Below are positions 10,359-21,131 of a stretch of 64,000 nt of DNA, in pieces (position 1 is the stretch's first letter; each line of letters begins with the position of its first letter). The notes under the pieces were generated by a model. The model was given only the letters and a program-made list of their open reading frames with translations, did no database searches and had not been told where the DNA came from. Location of the stretch: assembly GCF_003790525.1 (NCBI RefSeq), contig NZ_CP033635.1, one strand, 5' to 3'. The stretch comes from Escherichia coli (GTDB lineage: Bacteria > Pseudomonadota > Gammaproteobacteria > Enterobacterales > Enterobacteriaceae). The translations under genes and the position numbers were made by a program.

Positions 10359-12695
10359 ATGAAGCAAATTCGTCTGCTGGCGCAGTATTATGTTGACCTG
10401 ATGATGAAGTTAGGTCTGGTGCGCTTCTCAATGTTGCTGGCGCTGGCCCTCGTCGTTCTTGCCATTGTGGTACAAATGGCGGTAACCATGGTGCTGCATG
10501 GTCAGGTCGAAAGCATTGATGTTATTCGTTCTATCTTCTTTGGTTTGCTGATTACGCCGTGGGCGGTCTACTTTCTATCGGTGGTCGTCGAGCAACTGGA
10601 GGAGTCACGGCAACGTCTGTCACGACTGGTGCAAAAACTGGAGGAGATGCGCGAGCGCGATTTGAGCCTCAACGTTCAGTTAAAAGATAATATTGCCCAG
10701 CTAAATCAGGAAATCGCCGTTCGTGAAAAAGCGGAAGCAGAACTGCAGGAAACCTTCGGCCAACTGAAAATTGAAATCAAAGAGCGCGAAGAGACACAAA
10801 TTCAGCTCGAGCAGCAATCCTCATTCTTACGTTCCTTCCTTGATGCTTCACCCGACCTGGTTTTTTATCGTAACGAAGATAAAGAGTTTTCCGGCTGTAA
10901 CCGCGCGATGGAGCTGCTGACCGGAAAAAGCGAAAAACAACTGGTTCACCTGAAACCTGCTGATGTTTACTCACCGGAAGCCGCCGCAAAAGTCATTGAA
11001 ACCGATGAAAAAGTGTTCCGTCATAATGTGTCACTGACCTATGAACAGTGGCTGGATTACCCGGACGGGCGCAAAGCCTGCTTTGAAATCCGTAAAGTGC
11101 CGTACTACGACCGCGTGGGTAAACGTCACGGTTTGATGGGCTTTGGTCGCGACATTACCGAGCGTAAGCGGTATCAGGATGCGCTTGAACGGGCCAGCCG
11201 CGACAAAACGACGTTTATCTCCACCATCAGTCACGAATTGCGTACGCCGCTGAATGGTATCGTCGGCCTGAGCCGCATTCTGCTGGATACCGAACTCACC
11301 GCCGAGCAGGAAAAATATCTCAAAACCATCCATGTTTCGGCCGTCACGCTGGGGAATATCTTCAACGATATTATCGACATGGATAAGATGGAACGGCGCA
11401 AGGTCCAGCTTGATAATCAGCCGGTTGATTTCACCAGCTTCCTTGCCGATCTGGAAAATCTCTCCGCCTTGCAGGCGCAACAAAAAGGATTGCGCTTTAA
11501 CCTGGAGCCTACGCTGCCATTACCGCATCAGGTCATTACCGACGGGACGCGTTTACGGCAGATCCTGTGGAACCTCATCAGTAACGCCGTCAAATTCACC
11601 CAGCAAGGCCAGGTTACCGTGCGCGTGCGCTACGATGAAGGCGATATGCTGCATTTTGAAGTGGAAGATTCCGGCATTGGCATTCCGCAGGATGAGCTGG
11701 ATAAAATTTTCGCCATGTATTACCAGGTGAAAGACAGTCATGGCGGTAAACCTGCCACCGGCACCGGTATTGGTCTGGCCGTTTCTCGTCGTCTGGCGAA
11801 AAATATGGGCGGCGATATTACGGTTACCAGCGAACAGGGCAAAGGTTCAACCTTTACGTTGACGATCCACGCACCGTCGGTGGCAGAAGAGGTCGATGAT
11901 GCGTTTGATGAAGACGATATGCCTTTACCGGCGCTGAATGTACTGCTGGTGGAAGACATTGAACTGAACGTGATTGTCGCGCGTTCTGTGCTGGAAAAAT
12001 TAGGTAACAGCGTTGATGTCGCCATGACCGGCAAGGCGGCGCTGGAGATGTTTAAACCGGGCGAATACGACCTGGTATTGCTGGATATTCAGTTGCCAGA
12101 TATGACCGGGCTGGATATCTCTCGTGAACTGACGAAGCGTTATCCGCGCGAGGATTTACCACCGCTGGTGGCCTTAACCGCTAACGTGCTGAAAGACAAA
12201 CAAGAGTACCTCAATGCTGGAATGGATGATGTGCTGAGTAAGCCGCTTTCTGTTCCGGCGCTAACCGCGATGATCAAGAAATTCTGGGATACCCAGGATG
12301 ATGAGGAGAGTACGGTGACGACAGAAGAGAACAGTAAATCAGAAGCATTGCTCGATATTCCCATGCTGGAACAGTATCTCGAACTTGTAGGACCGAAGCT
12401 GATCACCGACGGGTTAGCGGTATTTGAGAAGATGATGCCGGGATATGTTAGCGTGCTGGAGTCGAATCTGACGGCGCAGGATAAAAAAGGCATTGTTGAG
12501 GAAGGACATAAAATTAAAGGTGCGGCGGGGTCAGTGGGGTTACGCCATCTGCAACAGTTGGGTCAGCAAATTCAGTCTCCTGACCTTCCCGCCTGGGAAG
12601 ATAACGTCGGTGAATGGATTGAAGAGATGAAAGAAGAGTGGCGTCACGACGTAGAAGTACTGAAAGCGTGGGTGGCAAAAGCTACTAAAAAATGA
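10359..12695 (+). CDS. arcB: aerobic respiration control sensor histidine kinase ArcB
   Basis: 778-aa ORF with HisKA motif (STISHELRTPLNGI), receiver and HPt domains. Confidence 0.97.
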   Translation: MKQIRLLAQYYVDLMMKLGLVRFSMLLALALVVLAIVVQMAVTMVLHGQVESIDVIRSIFFGLLITPWAVYFLSVVVEQLEESRQRLSRLVQKLEEMRERDLSLNVQLKDNIAQLNQEIAVREKAEAELQETFGQLKIEIKEREETQIQLEQQSSFLRSFLDASPDLVFYRNEDKEFSGCNRAMELLTGKSEKQLVHLKPADVYSPEAAAKVIETDEKVFRHNVSLTYEQWLDYPDGRKACFEIRKVPYYDRVGKRHGLMGFGRDITERKRYQDALERASRDKTTFISTISHELRTPLNGIVGLSRILLDTELTAEQEKYLKTIHVSAVTLGNIFNDIIDMDKMERRKVQLDNQPVDFTSFLADLENLSALQAQQKGLRFNLEPTLPLPHQVITDGTRLRQILWNLISNAVKFTQQGQVTVRVRYDEGDMLHFEVEDSGIGIPQDELDKIFAMYYQVKDSHGGKPATGTGIGLAVSRRLAKNMGGDITVTSEQGKGSTFTLTIHAPSVAEEVDDAFDEDDMPLPALNVLLVEDIELNVIVARSVLEKLGNSVDVAMTGKAALEMFKPGEYDLVLLDIQLPDMTGLDISRELTKRYPREDLPPLVALTANVLKDKQEYLNAGMDDVLSKPLSVPALTAMIKKFWDTQDDEESTVTTEENSKSEALLDIPMLEQYLELVGPKLITDGLAVFEKMMPGYVSVLESNLTAQDKKGIVEEGHKIKGAAGSVGLRHLQQLGQQIQSPDLPAWEDNVGEWIEEMKEEWRHDVEVLKAWVAKATKK

Positions 12696-12807
12696 CCCCG
12701 GCTAGACCGGGGTGCGCGAATACTGCGCCAACACCAGGGAAATCTTGGCTGCGCCGTAAATTATTATGATGAGTTACAAGGGCACAGCACTGTTTTTCAG
12801 GCCGCAC
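12687..12807 (-). ncRNA. arcZ: small RNA ArcZ (RyhA/SraH), 121 nt, overlapping the arcB 3' end
   Basis: Reverse strand reads GTGCGGCCTGAAAAACAGTGCTGTGCCC...CACCCCGGTCTAGCCGGGGTCATTTTTT, matching the ArcZ sequence as I remember it, including its terminator hairpin. Confidence 0.85.
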
Positions 12808-12924
12808 GCAGTTAAGATAGCAAAACTTAAATGATTTGTTACATGAATCAGTTAAATGTGTGATGCGTAGCATTTTTATTAAAAAAATTAATGTGTTTCA
12901 GTCAATTGCGAAAGGATGATCACA

Positions 12925-13578
12925 ATGAAGAAAATTGGCGTAATTCTGAGCGGATGCGGCGTCTATGACGGTTCTGAAATTCATGAAGCGGTGTTGACGT
13001 TGTTAGCTATTTCACGCAGCGGTGCGCAGGCGGTCTGCTTTGCACCGGATAAGCAGCAGGTTGATGTAATCAATCATTTAACTGGCGAAGCGATGCCGGA
13101 AACGCGCAATGTGCTGATTGAAGCGGCACGAATAACGCGTGGTGAGATCCGCCCTCTGGCCCAGGCCGATGCCGCTGAGCTGGATGCGTTGATTGTGCCG
13201 GGGGGGTTTGGTGCGGCGAAGAATTTAAGCAACTTTGCCCGTCTGGGGAGTGAATGCACCGTTGACCGTGAATTAAAGGCGCTGGCACAAGCGATGCATC
13301 AGGCCGGAAAACCGCTTGGTTTTATGTGTATTGCCCCGGCGATGCTGCCGAAAATTTTCGATTTCCCGCTGCGTTTGACCATCGGTACTGATATTGATAC
13401 CGCAGAAGTGCTGGAAGAGATGGGCGCGGAGCATGTGCCGTGTCCTGTCGATGATATCGTGGTTGATGAAGACAATAAGATTGTCACCACCCCTGCATAT
13501 ATGCTGGCGCAGAACATTGCAGAAGCGGCGAGCGGCATTGATAAGCTGGTTTCCCGCGTGCTGGTCCTGGCGGAATGA
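12925..13578 (+). CDS. elbB: DJ-1/PfpI-like protein ElbB
   Basis: [30 protein letters not shown]..., 217 aa. Confidence 0.9.
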
Positions 13579-14303
13579 GTAAAAGCCGCTTAACGGTGTT
13601 TAGTTTCGTTCGCCGTTTTCTTCTGCGGTTAATGGTTGTCCTCGCCGTTTTCTGGGGCGGGGGCATCGCGTTGTTTAGCGTTGCGCCTGTTCCCTTCTCA
13701 GCGGTAATGGTTGAGCGGCAAGTCAGCGCCTGGCTGCATGGCAATTTTCGTTACGTGGCACATTCTGACTGGGTCAGTATGGATCAAATCTCGCCGTGGA
13801 TGGGACTGGCGGTGATTGCCGCAGAAGATCAGAAATTTCCTGAGCACTGGGGCTTTGATGTCGCTTCCATTGAGCAAGCCCTGGCGCACAACGAACGCAA
13901 TGAAAACCGTATTCGCGGTGCGTCAACGATTTCTCAGCAGACAGCCAAAAATCTCTTTTTATGGGATGGGCGCAGCTGGGTTCGAAAAGGGCTGGAAGCC
14001 GGATTAACGCTGGGGATAGAAACGGTCTGGAGCAAAAAGCGTATCCTGACGGTTTACCTGAATATCGCCGAATTTGGCGACGGTGTGTTTGGCGTCGAAG
14101 CTGCGGCACAACGTTATTTCCACAAACCCGCGAGCAAGCTTACCCGGTCGGAAGCTGCATTACTGGCAGCTGTATTACCTAATCCACTTCGTTTCAAAGT
14201 CTCCGCGCCATCGGGCTACGTGCGTAGCCGTCAGGCGTGGATTTTACGGCAGATGTATCAGTTAGGCGGTGAGCCGTTTATGCAACAACACCAGCTTGAT
14301 TAA
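13575..14303 (+). CDS. mtgA: monofunctional peptidoglycan glycosyltransferase
   Basis: 242-aa ORF with transglycosylase motifs ([16 protein letters not shown]); 4-nt overlap with the elbB stop. Confidence 0.93.
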
Positions 14304-14932
14304 GCTTCGCGCGAAGTGAGGGCCAGCGTTTTGCTCTCACGAGGTTGCAGATCTTTCTGCAGGGCAATAGCCAGCGCCGGTTGGGCGATAAATCGTTTCC
14401 ACAACCGCTCTTGCTTACGCAGACAACACCACTTCGACCAGGTCGCCAGTGGAATCAATGTGCTTTCACCAATGTTGTCGCAGACGACGGGGATAACCTC
14501 TGACTCACTGATGCGATGACAAAGGATATTCTGCGGCTTCAGCGACATCGTCACGATACGGTTATCCTGTAAATAACGCTTCAGCTGTTTCAGTAGCTGG
14601 CGCAGTTGTGCAATGTCTTCTTCGTAACGGCATTGTTCAGCAAATTCGGTCAGCGTAATGGAGGGCTTGCCGTCAAAATCTGCAATCACATCGTAGACAT
14701 AACCGGTTCCGCAATCCGTCTCAACGGTACCGTGATAGCGCGGTATTCCACTCCAGTCTTTTAACCGGCGACCAAGATGCGCGTAGTACTTTAACTCACG
14801 GCGGATCTCTTTATCGCCACCATCGCCACGATGGTAGACAATCTTGATACAGCGTTGGGCATCTTCCGGATGCGCATAACATTTCCGATGTCTTCCGGTG
14901 CCCAGGGGACTTTGTTCAGATAAGCGAATCAT
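14300..14932 (-). CDS. yrbL: PhoP-regulated protein YrbL (210 aa; ORF-track start trimmed)
   Basis: ORF contains [28 protein letters not shown]... Confidence 0.85.
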
Positions 14933-14982
14933 GCCATCTCCTGGAAATATTTTCTGACGATCTCCAGTATGGTCGATTAACT

Positions 14983-14999
14983 TAAACAAAACCTAAACA
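14983..14999 (-). promoter_or_regulatory. PhoP box (TGTTTA-N5-TGTTTA direct repeat) upstream of yrbL
   Basis: Reverse strand reads TGTTTAGGTTTTGTTTA about 50 bp upstream of the yrbL start. Confidence 0.55.
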
Positions 15000-15145
15000 A
15001 TGCCTCTTAAGGTTTTCTTAAGGTTCTTCTGAAAGTAAAAAGCGCACAAAATGTACAAATGACGTTGATTGAGAACGATTTCAGTACGTGATTTTCTTAT
15101 TGTCGGGGGGAGTTTGAAGGGAGTTGTATGTCAAAGTGATGAAGA

Positions 15146-15418
15146 TTAATCTTCATCAAAACCAGAATTAAAGAGGGCGATAACGGCGGCCAGTGCTTCC
15201 TCTTCCTGTGGACCGGTCGCTTCAACTTCAATCTGCCGTCCTTTGGCAGAATCCAACATCAGCAGCGCAATAACGCTGTTGGCTTCAGCCTCGGTGCCTT
15301 CGTCATTACGTAACAGCACTTCAGCGTCAAAACCTTGCATTAATTCAAACAGCTTCATTGCAGGCCGGGCATGCATGCCCAGCTTGTTTGTGATTTCAAC
15401 AGTTTGCTTGACGGTCAT
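15146..15418 (-). CDS. npr: phosphocarrier protein NPr
   Basis: 90-aa [29 protein letters not shown]... Confidence 0.93.
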
Positions 15419-16269
15419 GGTTTACGTTTTTCCAGCGTACGATGGCGTGACTGGACGTTTTTACCGCGCGAGCGGAAGTAGTCAGCCAGTTGCTCTGCAA
15501 TATACACCGAACGGTGCTTCCCGCCGGTACAACCAATGGCGACCGTCAGGTAGCTACGGTTGTTGGTTTCCAGCATAGGTAACCATAGCTCAAGATAGCT
15601 TCGCGTCTGGTAGATAAAATTGTGTACTTCTGTGTGGCGGTCGAGGAACGCGGCGACAGGCTTATCCAGACCTGTCATTGGACGCAGTTTCGGATCCCAG
15701 TGCGGGTTCGGCAAGAAGCGCACGTCAAAGACGTAATCTGCATCGATAGGGATACCGTGTTTGAAGCCGAAAGACTCAAAGACCATGGTCAGTTCGCGTT
15801 CACGTTTACCCAGCAGACGGGTACGCAGCATTTCAGCCAGCTCGTGAACGGACATTTCTGAGGTATCGACAATCAGATCCGCTCGCGAACGCAGAGGCTC
15901 CAGCAAATCGCTTTCTTTGTCGATAGCACTTTCCAGCGACAGGTTTTTGCTGGAAAGCGGATGCAGTCGGCGCGTGTCACTGTAACGACGAATTAAGGTA
16001 TTACGGTCGGCATCCAGGAACAGTAGTTGCGGTGAGAAAGCGTCAGGCAGGTTACTCATCGCCTGTTCGAATATTTCTGGTGACTCCGGCATATTACGAA
16101 CATCAATGCTGACGGCGGCAGAAATCTCGCGATCGGCCAGAGTTCGAGCCAGATCGGGTAACAACACTACGGGAAGGTTATCCACGCAGTAAAAACCCAT
16201 ATCTTCCAGCGCACGCAGGGCGACAGATTTACCTGAACCTGAACGTCCGCTGACGATCATCAGTACCAT
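15415..16269 (-). CDS. rapZ: RNase adaptor protein RapZ
   Basis: 284-aa ORF with P-loop GRSGSGKS. Confidence 0.95.
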
Positions 16270-16314
16270 GTACTGTTTCTCCTCACAACGTCTAAAAGAG
16301 ACATTACCGAATAA

Positions 16315-16806
16315 CTACGCTTCATCCGGAGTACCTTCGGTATCCGTAATGATTTGATACAGCTCTTCATCGCTCTGGGCTGCGCGTAAACGGCGGCAGA
16401 TGGTTTTGTCCGCCAGACGTTTCGCCACCAGTGACAGAGTATGCAGGTGCGTTTTAGTTTGGTCTGCCGGCACCAGCAGGGCAAAAAGTAAATCCACCGG
16501 TTGGTTGTCGATGGCATCGAAAGCTATAGGCGTTTCGAGCTGAACGAAAACGCCAACGGCGCGCAGAGTATCTTCTTCCAGTTTGCCATGCGGAATGGCA
16601 ATACCATTGCCGATACCGGTACTGCCCATTTTTTCCCGCGTCAGGATAGCTTCAAAAACCACCTGAGGCGGCAGGCTAAGTTGTTTCGCCGCCAGCTCGC
16701 TGATGATTTCCAGGGCGCGTTTTTTGCTCTGACAGTGGACGCGGCTTCGCGTACATTCCCTGTTAAGAACACTGCTAAGCTGTAGAGTTGTATCATTATT
16801 TGTCAT
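16315..16806 (-). CDS. ptsN: nitrogen-related PTS protein EIIA-Ntr
   Basis: ORF contains MTNNDTTLQLSSVLNRECTRSRVHCQSKK..., 163 aa. Confidence 0.93.
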   Translation of the reverse strand: MTNNDTTLQLSSVLNRECTRSRVHCQSKKRALEIISELAAKQLSLPPQVVFEAILTREKMGSTGIGNGIAIPHGKLEEDTLRAVGVFVQLETPIAFDAIDNQPVDLLFALLVPADQTKTHLHTLSLVAKRLADKTICRRLRAAQSDEELYQIITDTEGTPDEA

Positions 16807-16923
16807 AATTTCACCTAAGAACCTGCCCACTCAAACAGTGGAACAGGCTCGGAGCATTAACCGTACAAATGGCCCGTTGTGCCGCACAACAGGCCGCCAT
16901 GCACATGCTAATTGCCCGGACAA

Positions 16924-17211
16924 TTAGTGTTGTTTCAGTTTATCTTTATGTTTGGTCAACTGGCGTGCCAGCTTATCAATTAAGCCATCAATGGCAGCGT
17001 ACATGTCCTGACCTTCCGCGCTGGCATGAATTTCACCACCGTTTACATGCAGTGTTGCATCTGAGGTGTGGGTGACTTTCTCCACTTTCAGAACAACATA
17101 GACCTGGTTGATTCGGTCAAAATATTGCTCAAGTTTGGCAAATTTGGCTGTAACAAATTCGCGCAGTGCCTCGGTGATCTCGACGTTATTTCCGGTAATG
17201 TTGAGCTGCAT
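16924..17211 (-). CDS. hpf: ribosome hibernation promoting factor
   Basis: ORF contains MQLNITGNNVEITEALREFVTAKFAKLEQYFDRINQVYVVLKVEK..., 95 aa. Confidence 0.93.
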   Translation of the reverse strand: MQLNITGNNVEITEALREFVTAKFAKLEQYFDRINQVYVVLKVEKVTHTSDATLHVNGGEIHASAEGQDMYAAIDGLIDKLARQLTKHKDKLKQH

Positions 17212-17233
17212 AGTGTCTTCCTTATCGGTTGGG

Positions 17234-18667
17234 TCAAACGAGCTGTTTACGCTGGTTTGACGGCGGAATGGATAAAGACTCTCGGTACTTCGCAACAGTG
17301 CGGCGTGCCACCATGATACCTTGTTCCGACAGCAAAGAGGTTAACTTGCTGTCGCTCAACGGTTTCGCTGGGTTTTCCGCCGCGATTAATTTCTTCACCA
17401 GCGCACGAATCGCCGTGGAGGAAGCTTCGCCGCCGCCCTCGGTATTGACGTGACTGGAAAAGAAATACTTCAGTTCAAAAATGCCTCGTGGACTATGCAG
17501 GTATTTTTGCGTGGTCACGCGAGATATCGTCGATTCATGCATTTCGACAGCCTGGGCGATATCGGCCAGTACCATCGGTTTCATATATTCTTCACCTTGC
17601 TCAAAGAAGGCCTGCTGCTGTTCAACGATACAGCGACTCACGCGCAGTAGCGTATCGTTACGGCTTTCCAGACTCTTGATCAACCATTTGGCATCCTGCA
17701 GATTGCTGCGGATAAACTGGCTGTCACCATCGTTGCGCGCGTTATTGCACATCGAGGCGTAGTGCTGGTTGATTTGCAGACGCGGAATGCTGTCACTGTT
17801 GAGTTCTACCGTCCAGTGACCGTTATGCTTACGCACCAGCACATCTGGAATGACATACTCAGGTTCGCCAGTCTGGATCGACTGCCCGGGGCGCGGATCG
17901 AGCGACTGGATCAGATTGACGGCTTCTTTCAGCACATCTTCTTTCAGACGCGTGACGCGCATTAAAGTGCGGAAGTCGTGATTGGCTAACAGATCGAGAT
18001 GATCGCTAATAATCAGTCTGGCCTCTTCCAGCCACGGCGTGGTTTTATCGAATTGGGAGAGTTGGATCAGCAGACAGTCACGCAGATCTTTTGCCGCCAC
18101 ACCGACTGGATCAAACCGTTGGATCCGCTTAAGGACGGCTTCAACTTCGTCGATGTCAATCTCTTCATCGCCCATACTTTCGAGAATATCTTCCAGCGGG
18201 ACAGTCAGATAACCGGTGTCATCAACGGCATCGACGATAGAGGTAGCAATAGCGCGGTCAGTGTCGGAAAACGGTGTCAGCTCGACCTGCCACATCAGGT
18301 AATCCTGCAAGGTCTGCGTCGTTTCGCCCTGATAGACCGGCAGCTCGTCGTCAATGTAGTCACCGCTGGTGCCGGATGGTGTACCAGCGGTGTAAATGGT
18401 GTCCCAACTGGCATCGAGCGGCAGCTCTTCCGGCATCTCTTTTTGTTCGAGCGCGTCGGCGGTGTCCAGCGTTTCACTGTCTTGCGTTTCGCGGGTGTCG
18501 ATTTCTTCATGAGTGTCGATTTGCTCAAGCAGCGGATTACTCTCCAGCGCCTGCTGTAGCTCCTGCTGAAGTTCCAGCGTCGACAACTGCAACAGACGAA
18601 TTGCCTGTTGGAGCTGTGGCGTCATCGCCAGTTGTTGGCTAAGCCTGAGTTGCAAACCTTGCTTCAT
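17234..18667 (-). CDS. rpoN: RNA polymerase sigma-54 factor
   Basis: 477-aa [36 protein letters not shown]... with C-terminal RpoN box ([10 protein letters not shown]). Confidence 0.97.
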   Translation of the reverse strand: MKQGLQLRLSQQLAMTPQLQQAIRLLQLSTLELQQELQQALESNPLLEQIDTHEEIDTRETQDSETLDTADALEQKEMPEELPLDASWDTIYTAGTPSGTSGDYIDDELPVYQGETTQTLQDYLMWQVELTPFSDTDRAIATSIVDAVDDTGYLTVPLEDILESMGDEEIDIDEVEAVLKRIQRFDPVGVAAKDLRDCLLIQLSQFDKTTPWLEEARLIISDHLDLLANHDFRTLMRVTRLKEDVLKEAVNLIQSLDPRPGQSIQTGEPEYVIPDVLVRKHNGHWTVELNSDSIPRLQINQHYASMCNNARNDGDSQFIRSNLQDAKWLIKSLESRNDTLLRVSRCIVEQQQAFFEQGEEYMKPMVLADIAQAVEMHESTISRVTTQKYLHSPRGIFELKYFFSSHVNTEGGGEASSTAIRALVKKLIAAENPAKPLSDSKLTSLLSEQGIMVARRTVAKYRESLSIPPSNQRKQLV

Positions 18668-18714
18668 GTTCAGAATCGTACTCTCCTGCTAAAACGTCGC
18701 AAACTTCTACCCTA

Positions 18715-19440
18715 TCAGAGTCTGAAGTCTTCCCCAAGGTATACACGCTTAACGTGTTCGTCTTGTAAGATTTCTGTAGGCGTGCCGTGGGCGATCAAAT
18801 GCCCCTGACTGACGATATAAGCGCGTTCACAAACCGCCAGTGTTTCACGCACGTTGTGGTCAGTGATCAGTACGCCCAGGCCGCTGTCGCGCAGGTGTTC
18901 AATGATGCGTTTAATGTCGATAACCGAGATCGGGTCAACCCCGGCAAACGGTTCGTCGAGCAGAATAAATTTCGGATTCGCAGCCAGTGCGCGGGCAATT
19001 TCTACACGGCGACGTTCACCCCCGGAGAGTGACTGCCCCATGCTGTCACGCAGGTGCTCAATGTGAAACTCTTCCATCAGCTCGTTCGCGCGGTCTTCAC
19101 GTTGTTCAGCAGACAAGTCGTCACGAATTTGCAGTACCGCCATCAGGTTATCGTAAACGCTGAGGCGACGGAAAATGGAGGCTTCCTGTGGCAGATAGCC
19201 GATACCGCGGCGCGCGCGTGCATGCAGAGGCAGCAGACTGATATCGTCATCATCAATAATGATGTTGCCCGCATCGCGCGGCACAATGCCTACAACCATG
19301 TAGAAAGTGGTGGTCTTACCGGCACCGTTTGGCCCCAGCAGACCGACAATTTCCCCGGAGTTGACGGTCAGGCTGACGTCTTCTACCACGCGACGGCCTT
19401 TATAGGCTTTTGCAAGGTTCTTTGCAGTTAATGTTGCCAT
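18715..19440 (-). CDS. lptB: LPS export ABC transporter ATP-binding protein
   Basis: 241-aa ORF with Walker [10 protein letters not shown] and signature LSGGERRR. Confidence 0.97.
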
Positions 19441-19446
19441 AACGAA

Positions 19447-20004
19447 TTAATTACCCTTCTTCTGTGCCGGGGTCTGGCCTTTGTTGTTTTTGTCCTGCAG
19501 CTGCGACGGCACCAGAACGGTGGTTACGCGCTTACCTTTGTCGCTGAAAGCCTGCATTTTCTGCTCTTTCACCAGGTAAGTGATCTTATCGCCCTTAATG
19601 TTGCTATCGACCTGCTGCAGATAAGCATTACCCGTCAGAACGACAAAATCTTTTGCCAGTTCGTAGTGCATCTGGGAAGCGTGACCTTCAACGGGTTTAC
19701 CATTGTCCTGCATCTGGTAGAACGTTGCCGGTTTACCGTAGCCGTCAATCACTTCTTTACCTTGTTCGCCGCCCGGACGGGTAACGACCACTTTGTCGGC
19801 ATTAATTTTGATGGTGCCCTGGGTGACGATGACATTACCGGTAAAGGTAACCACGTTGCCTTGCATATCAAGAGATTGCTGGTCCGATTCAATGTGGATC
19901 GGCTGATCAGTGTCTCCGGTTACAGCAAATGCCGGAATGCTGGCGGCCAGAAGTGAGCTGGCAAGCACAAGATTAAGGCTGAGTTTGTTTGTTTTGAATT
20001 TCAT
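19447..20004 (-). CDS. lptA: LPS transport periplasmic protein LptA
   Basis: ORF contains MKFKTNKLSLNLVLASSLLAASIPAFA (signal peptide), 185 aa. Confidence 0.92.
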   Translation of the reverse strand: MKFKTNKLSLNLVLASSLLAASIPAFAVTGDTDQPIHIESDQQSLDMQGNVVTFTGNVIVTQGTIKINADKVVVTRPGGEQGKEVIDGYGKPATFYQMQDNGKPVEGHASQMHYELAKDFVVLTGNAYLQQVDSNIKGDKITYLVKEQKMQAFSDKGKRVTTVLVPSQLQDKNNKGQTPAQKKGN

Positions 20005-20548
20005 AGGATGTTCTAACCTTTTCAATCAGCTCGGCGTTCTTGCTGCGTAAGTTGCCGCGCATTTTCAGACCGCTGGAGTTAAATGTTGTTCCGTATAACG
20101 TGACGAGGTCTTCAGAGGTAACATCCTGCGTCACCAGATTGATCTGCGCGTTATCCGTCGTGATTCTGCGAAGTTGAGAGTCCGGCACAAGTGCGTTGAC
20201 TTCAACGTGTCCATATAAATAGAGCATCCGGTCATTGGTCAGCTTGGCTTTATCTGCTTTTACTGACCATGTCGGGATTTTATCCTTATCAAACGTGGTA
20301 AGTACCGGCTGCGTAAACCACGAAACGGCCTGATCGGAATAATATTCAACATGTTGAGCAATCAATCGATAGCTTAGTGCCCCTTCTGGGTTATAGACGA
20401 GCGTGTCCGTATGCTCGCTTTTATAGGTGGGATCATTGTTGTTGACGACCACCTGGGCGGTATCGTCTTTTTCGGCCATATTAATGCCGATCATCACCAG
20501 AACCGCCAGTGATAGCACAATGATAACCCAACGTCTGGCTTTACTCAT
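19973..20548 (-). CDS. lptC: LPS export system protein LptC
   Basis: 191-aa ORF MSKARRWVIIVLSLAVLVMIGINMAEK...; overlaps lptA by 32 nt. Confidence 0.92.
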   Translation of the reverse strand: MSKARRWVIIVLSLAVLVMIGINMAEKDDTAQVVVNNNDPTYKSEHTDTLVYNPEGALSYRLIAQHVEYYSDQAVSWFTQPVLTTFDKDKIPTWSVKADKAKLTNDRMLYLYGHVEVNALVPDSQLRRITTDNAQINLVTQDVTSEDLVTLYGTTFNSSGLKMRGNLRSKNAELIEKVRTSYEIQNKQTQP

Positions 20549-21111
20549 ATCGATTGCCCTTTGGCTTCATCCAGTTTGCCCTGCGCCAGGAGTAATAAGT
20601 CGCAAACTTCTCGCACTGCGCCACGACCGCCAGCAATGCGCGTCACGTAATCGGCGCGCGGGATCAACAGTGGATGCGCATCGGCCACGGCGACGCTTAA
20701 CCCCACTTTTTCCATTACCGGCCAGTCGATGAGATCATCGCCGACATAAGCCACATTTTCCGGGGCAATCGCCAGTTTTTCCAGCAGATCGCTAAAGGCG
20801 ATCAGTTTGTTTGACTGCCCCTGATACAAGTGAGTGATCCCCAATGTGGCACAACGATCTTCTACCAGTTTAGCCTTTCGCCCGGTAATGATAGCGACTT
20901 CAATATCAGAGGTGAGCGCACAACGAATGCCATAACCGTCACGAACATTGAACGCTTTCAGCTCTTCGCCATTATTGCCCATATAAATCAGGCCATCTGA
21001 CAGTACGCCATCGACATCGAGGATCAGCAGACGAATATTCTCTGCTTTTGCCATAACGTCGGCGCTGACAGGGCCGTAACAGGTCGCAAGCGACGCACCT
21101 GCTTTGCTCAT
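20545..21111 (-). CDS. kdsC: KDO 8-phosphate phosphatase
   Basis: 188-aa HAD-type ORF (ILDVDGVLSDG). Confidence 0.93.
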   Translation of the reverse strand: MSKAGASLATCYGPVSADVMAKAENIRLLILDVDGVLSDGLIYMGNNGEELKAFNVRDGYGIRCALTSDIEVAIITGRKAKLVEDRCATLGITHLYQGQSNKLIAFSDLLEKLAIAPENVAYVGDDLIDWPVMEKVGLSVAVADAHPLLIPRADYVTRIAGGRGAVREVCDLLLLAQGKLDEAKGQSI

Positions 21112-21131
21112 TGTTGTTTATCCTTGAATCT

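Noticed and set aside
12685-12873. 62-aa reverse-strand ORF between arcB and elbB
   Set aside because: Coincides with the ArcZ small RNA; no coding evidence.
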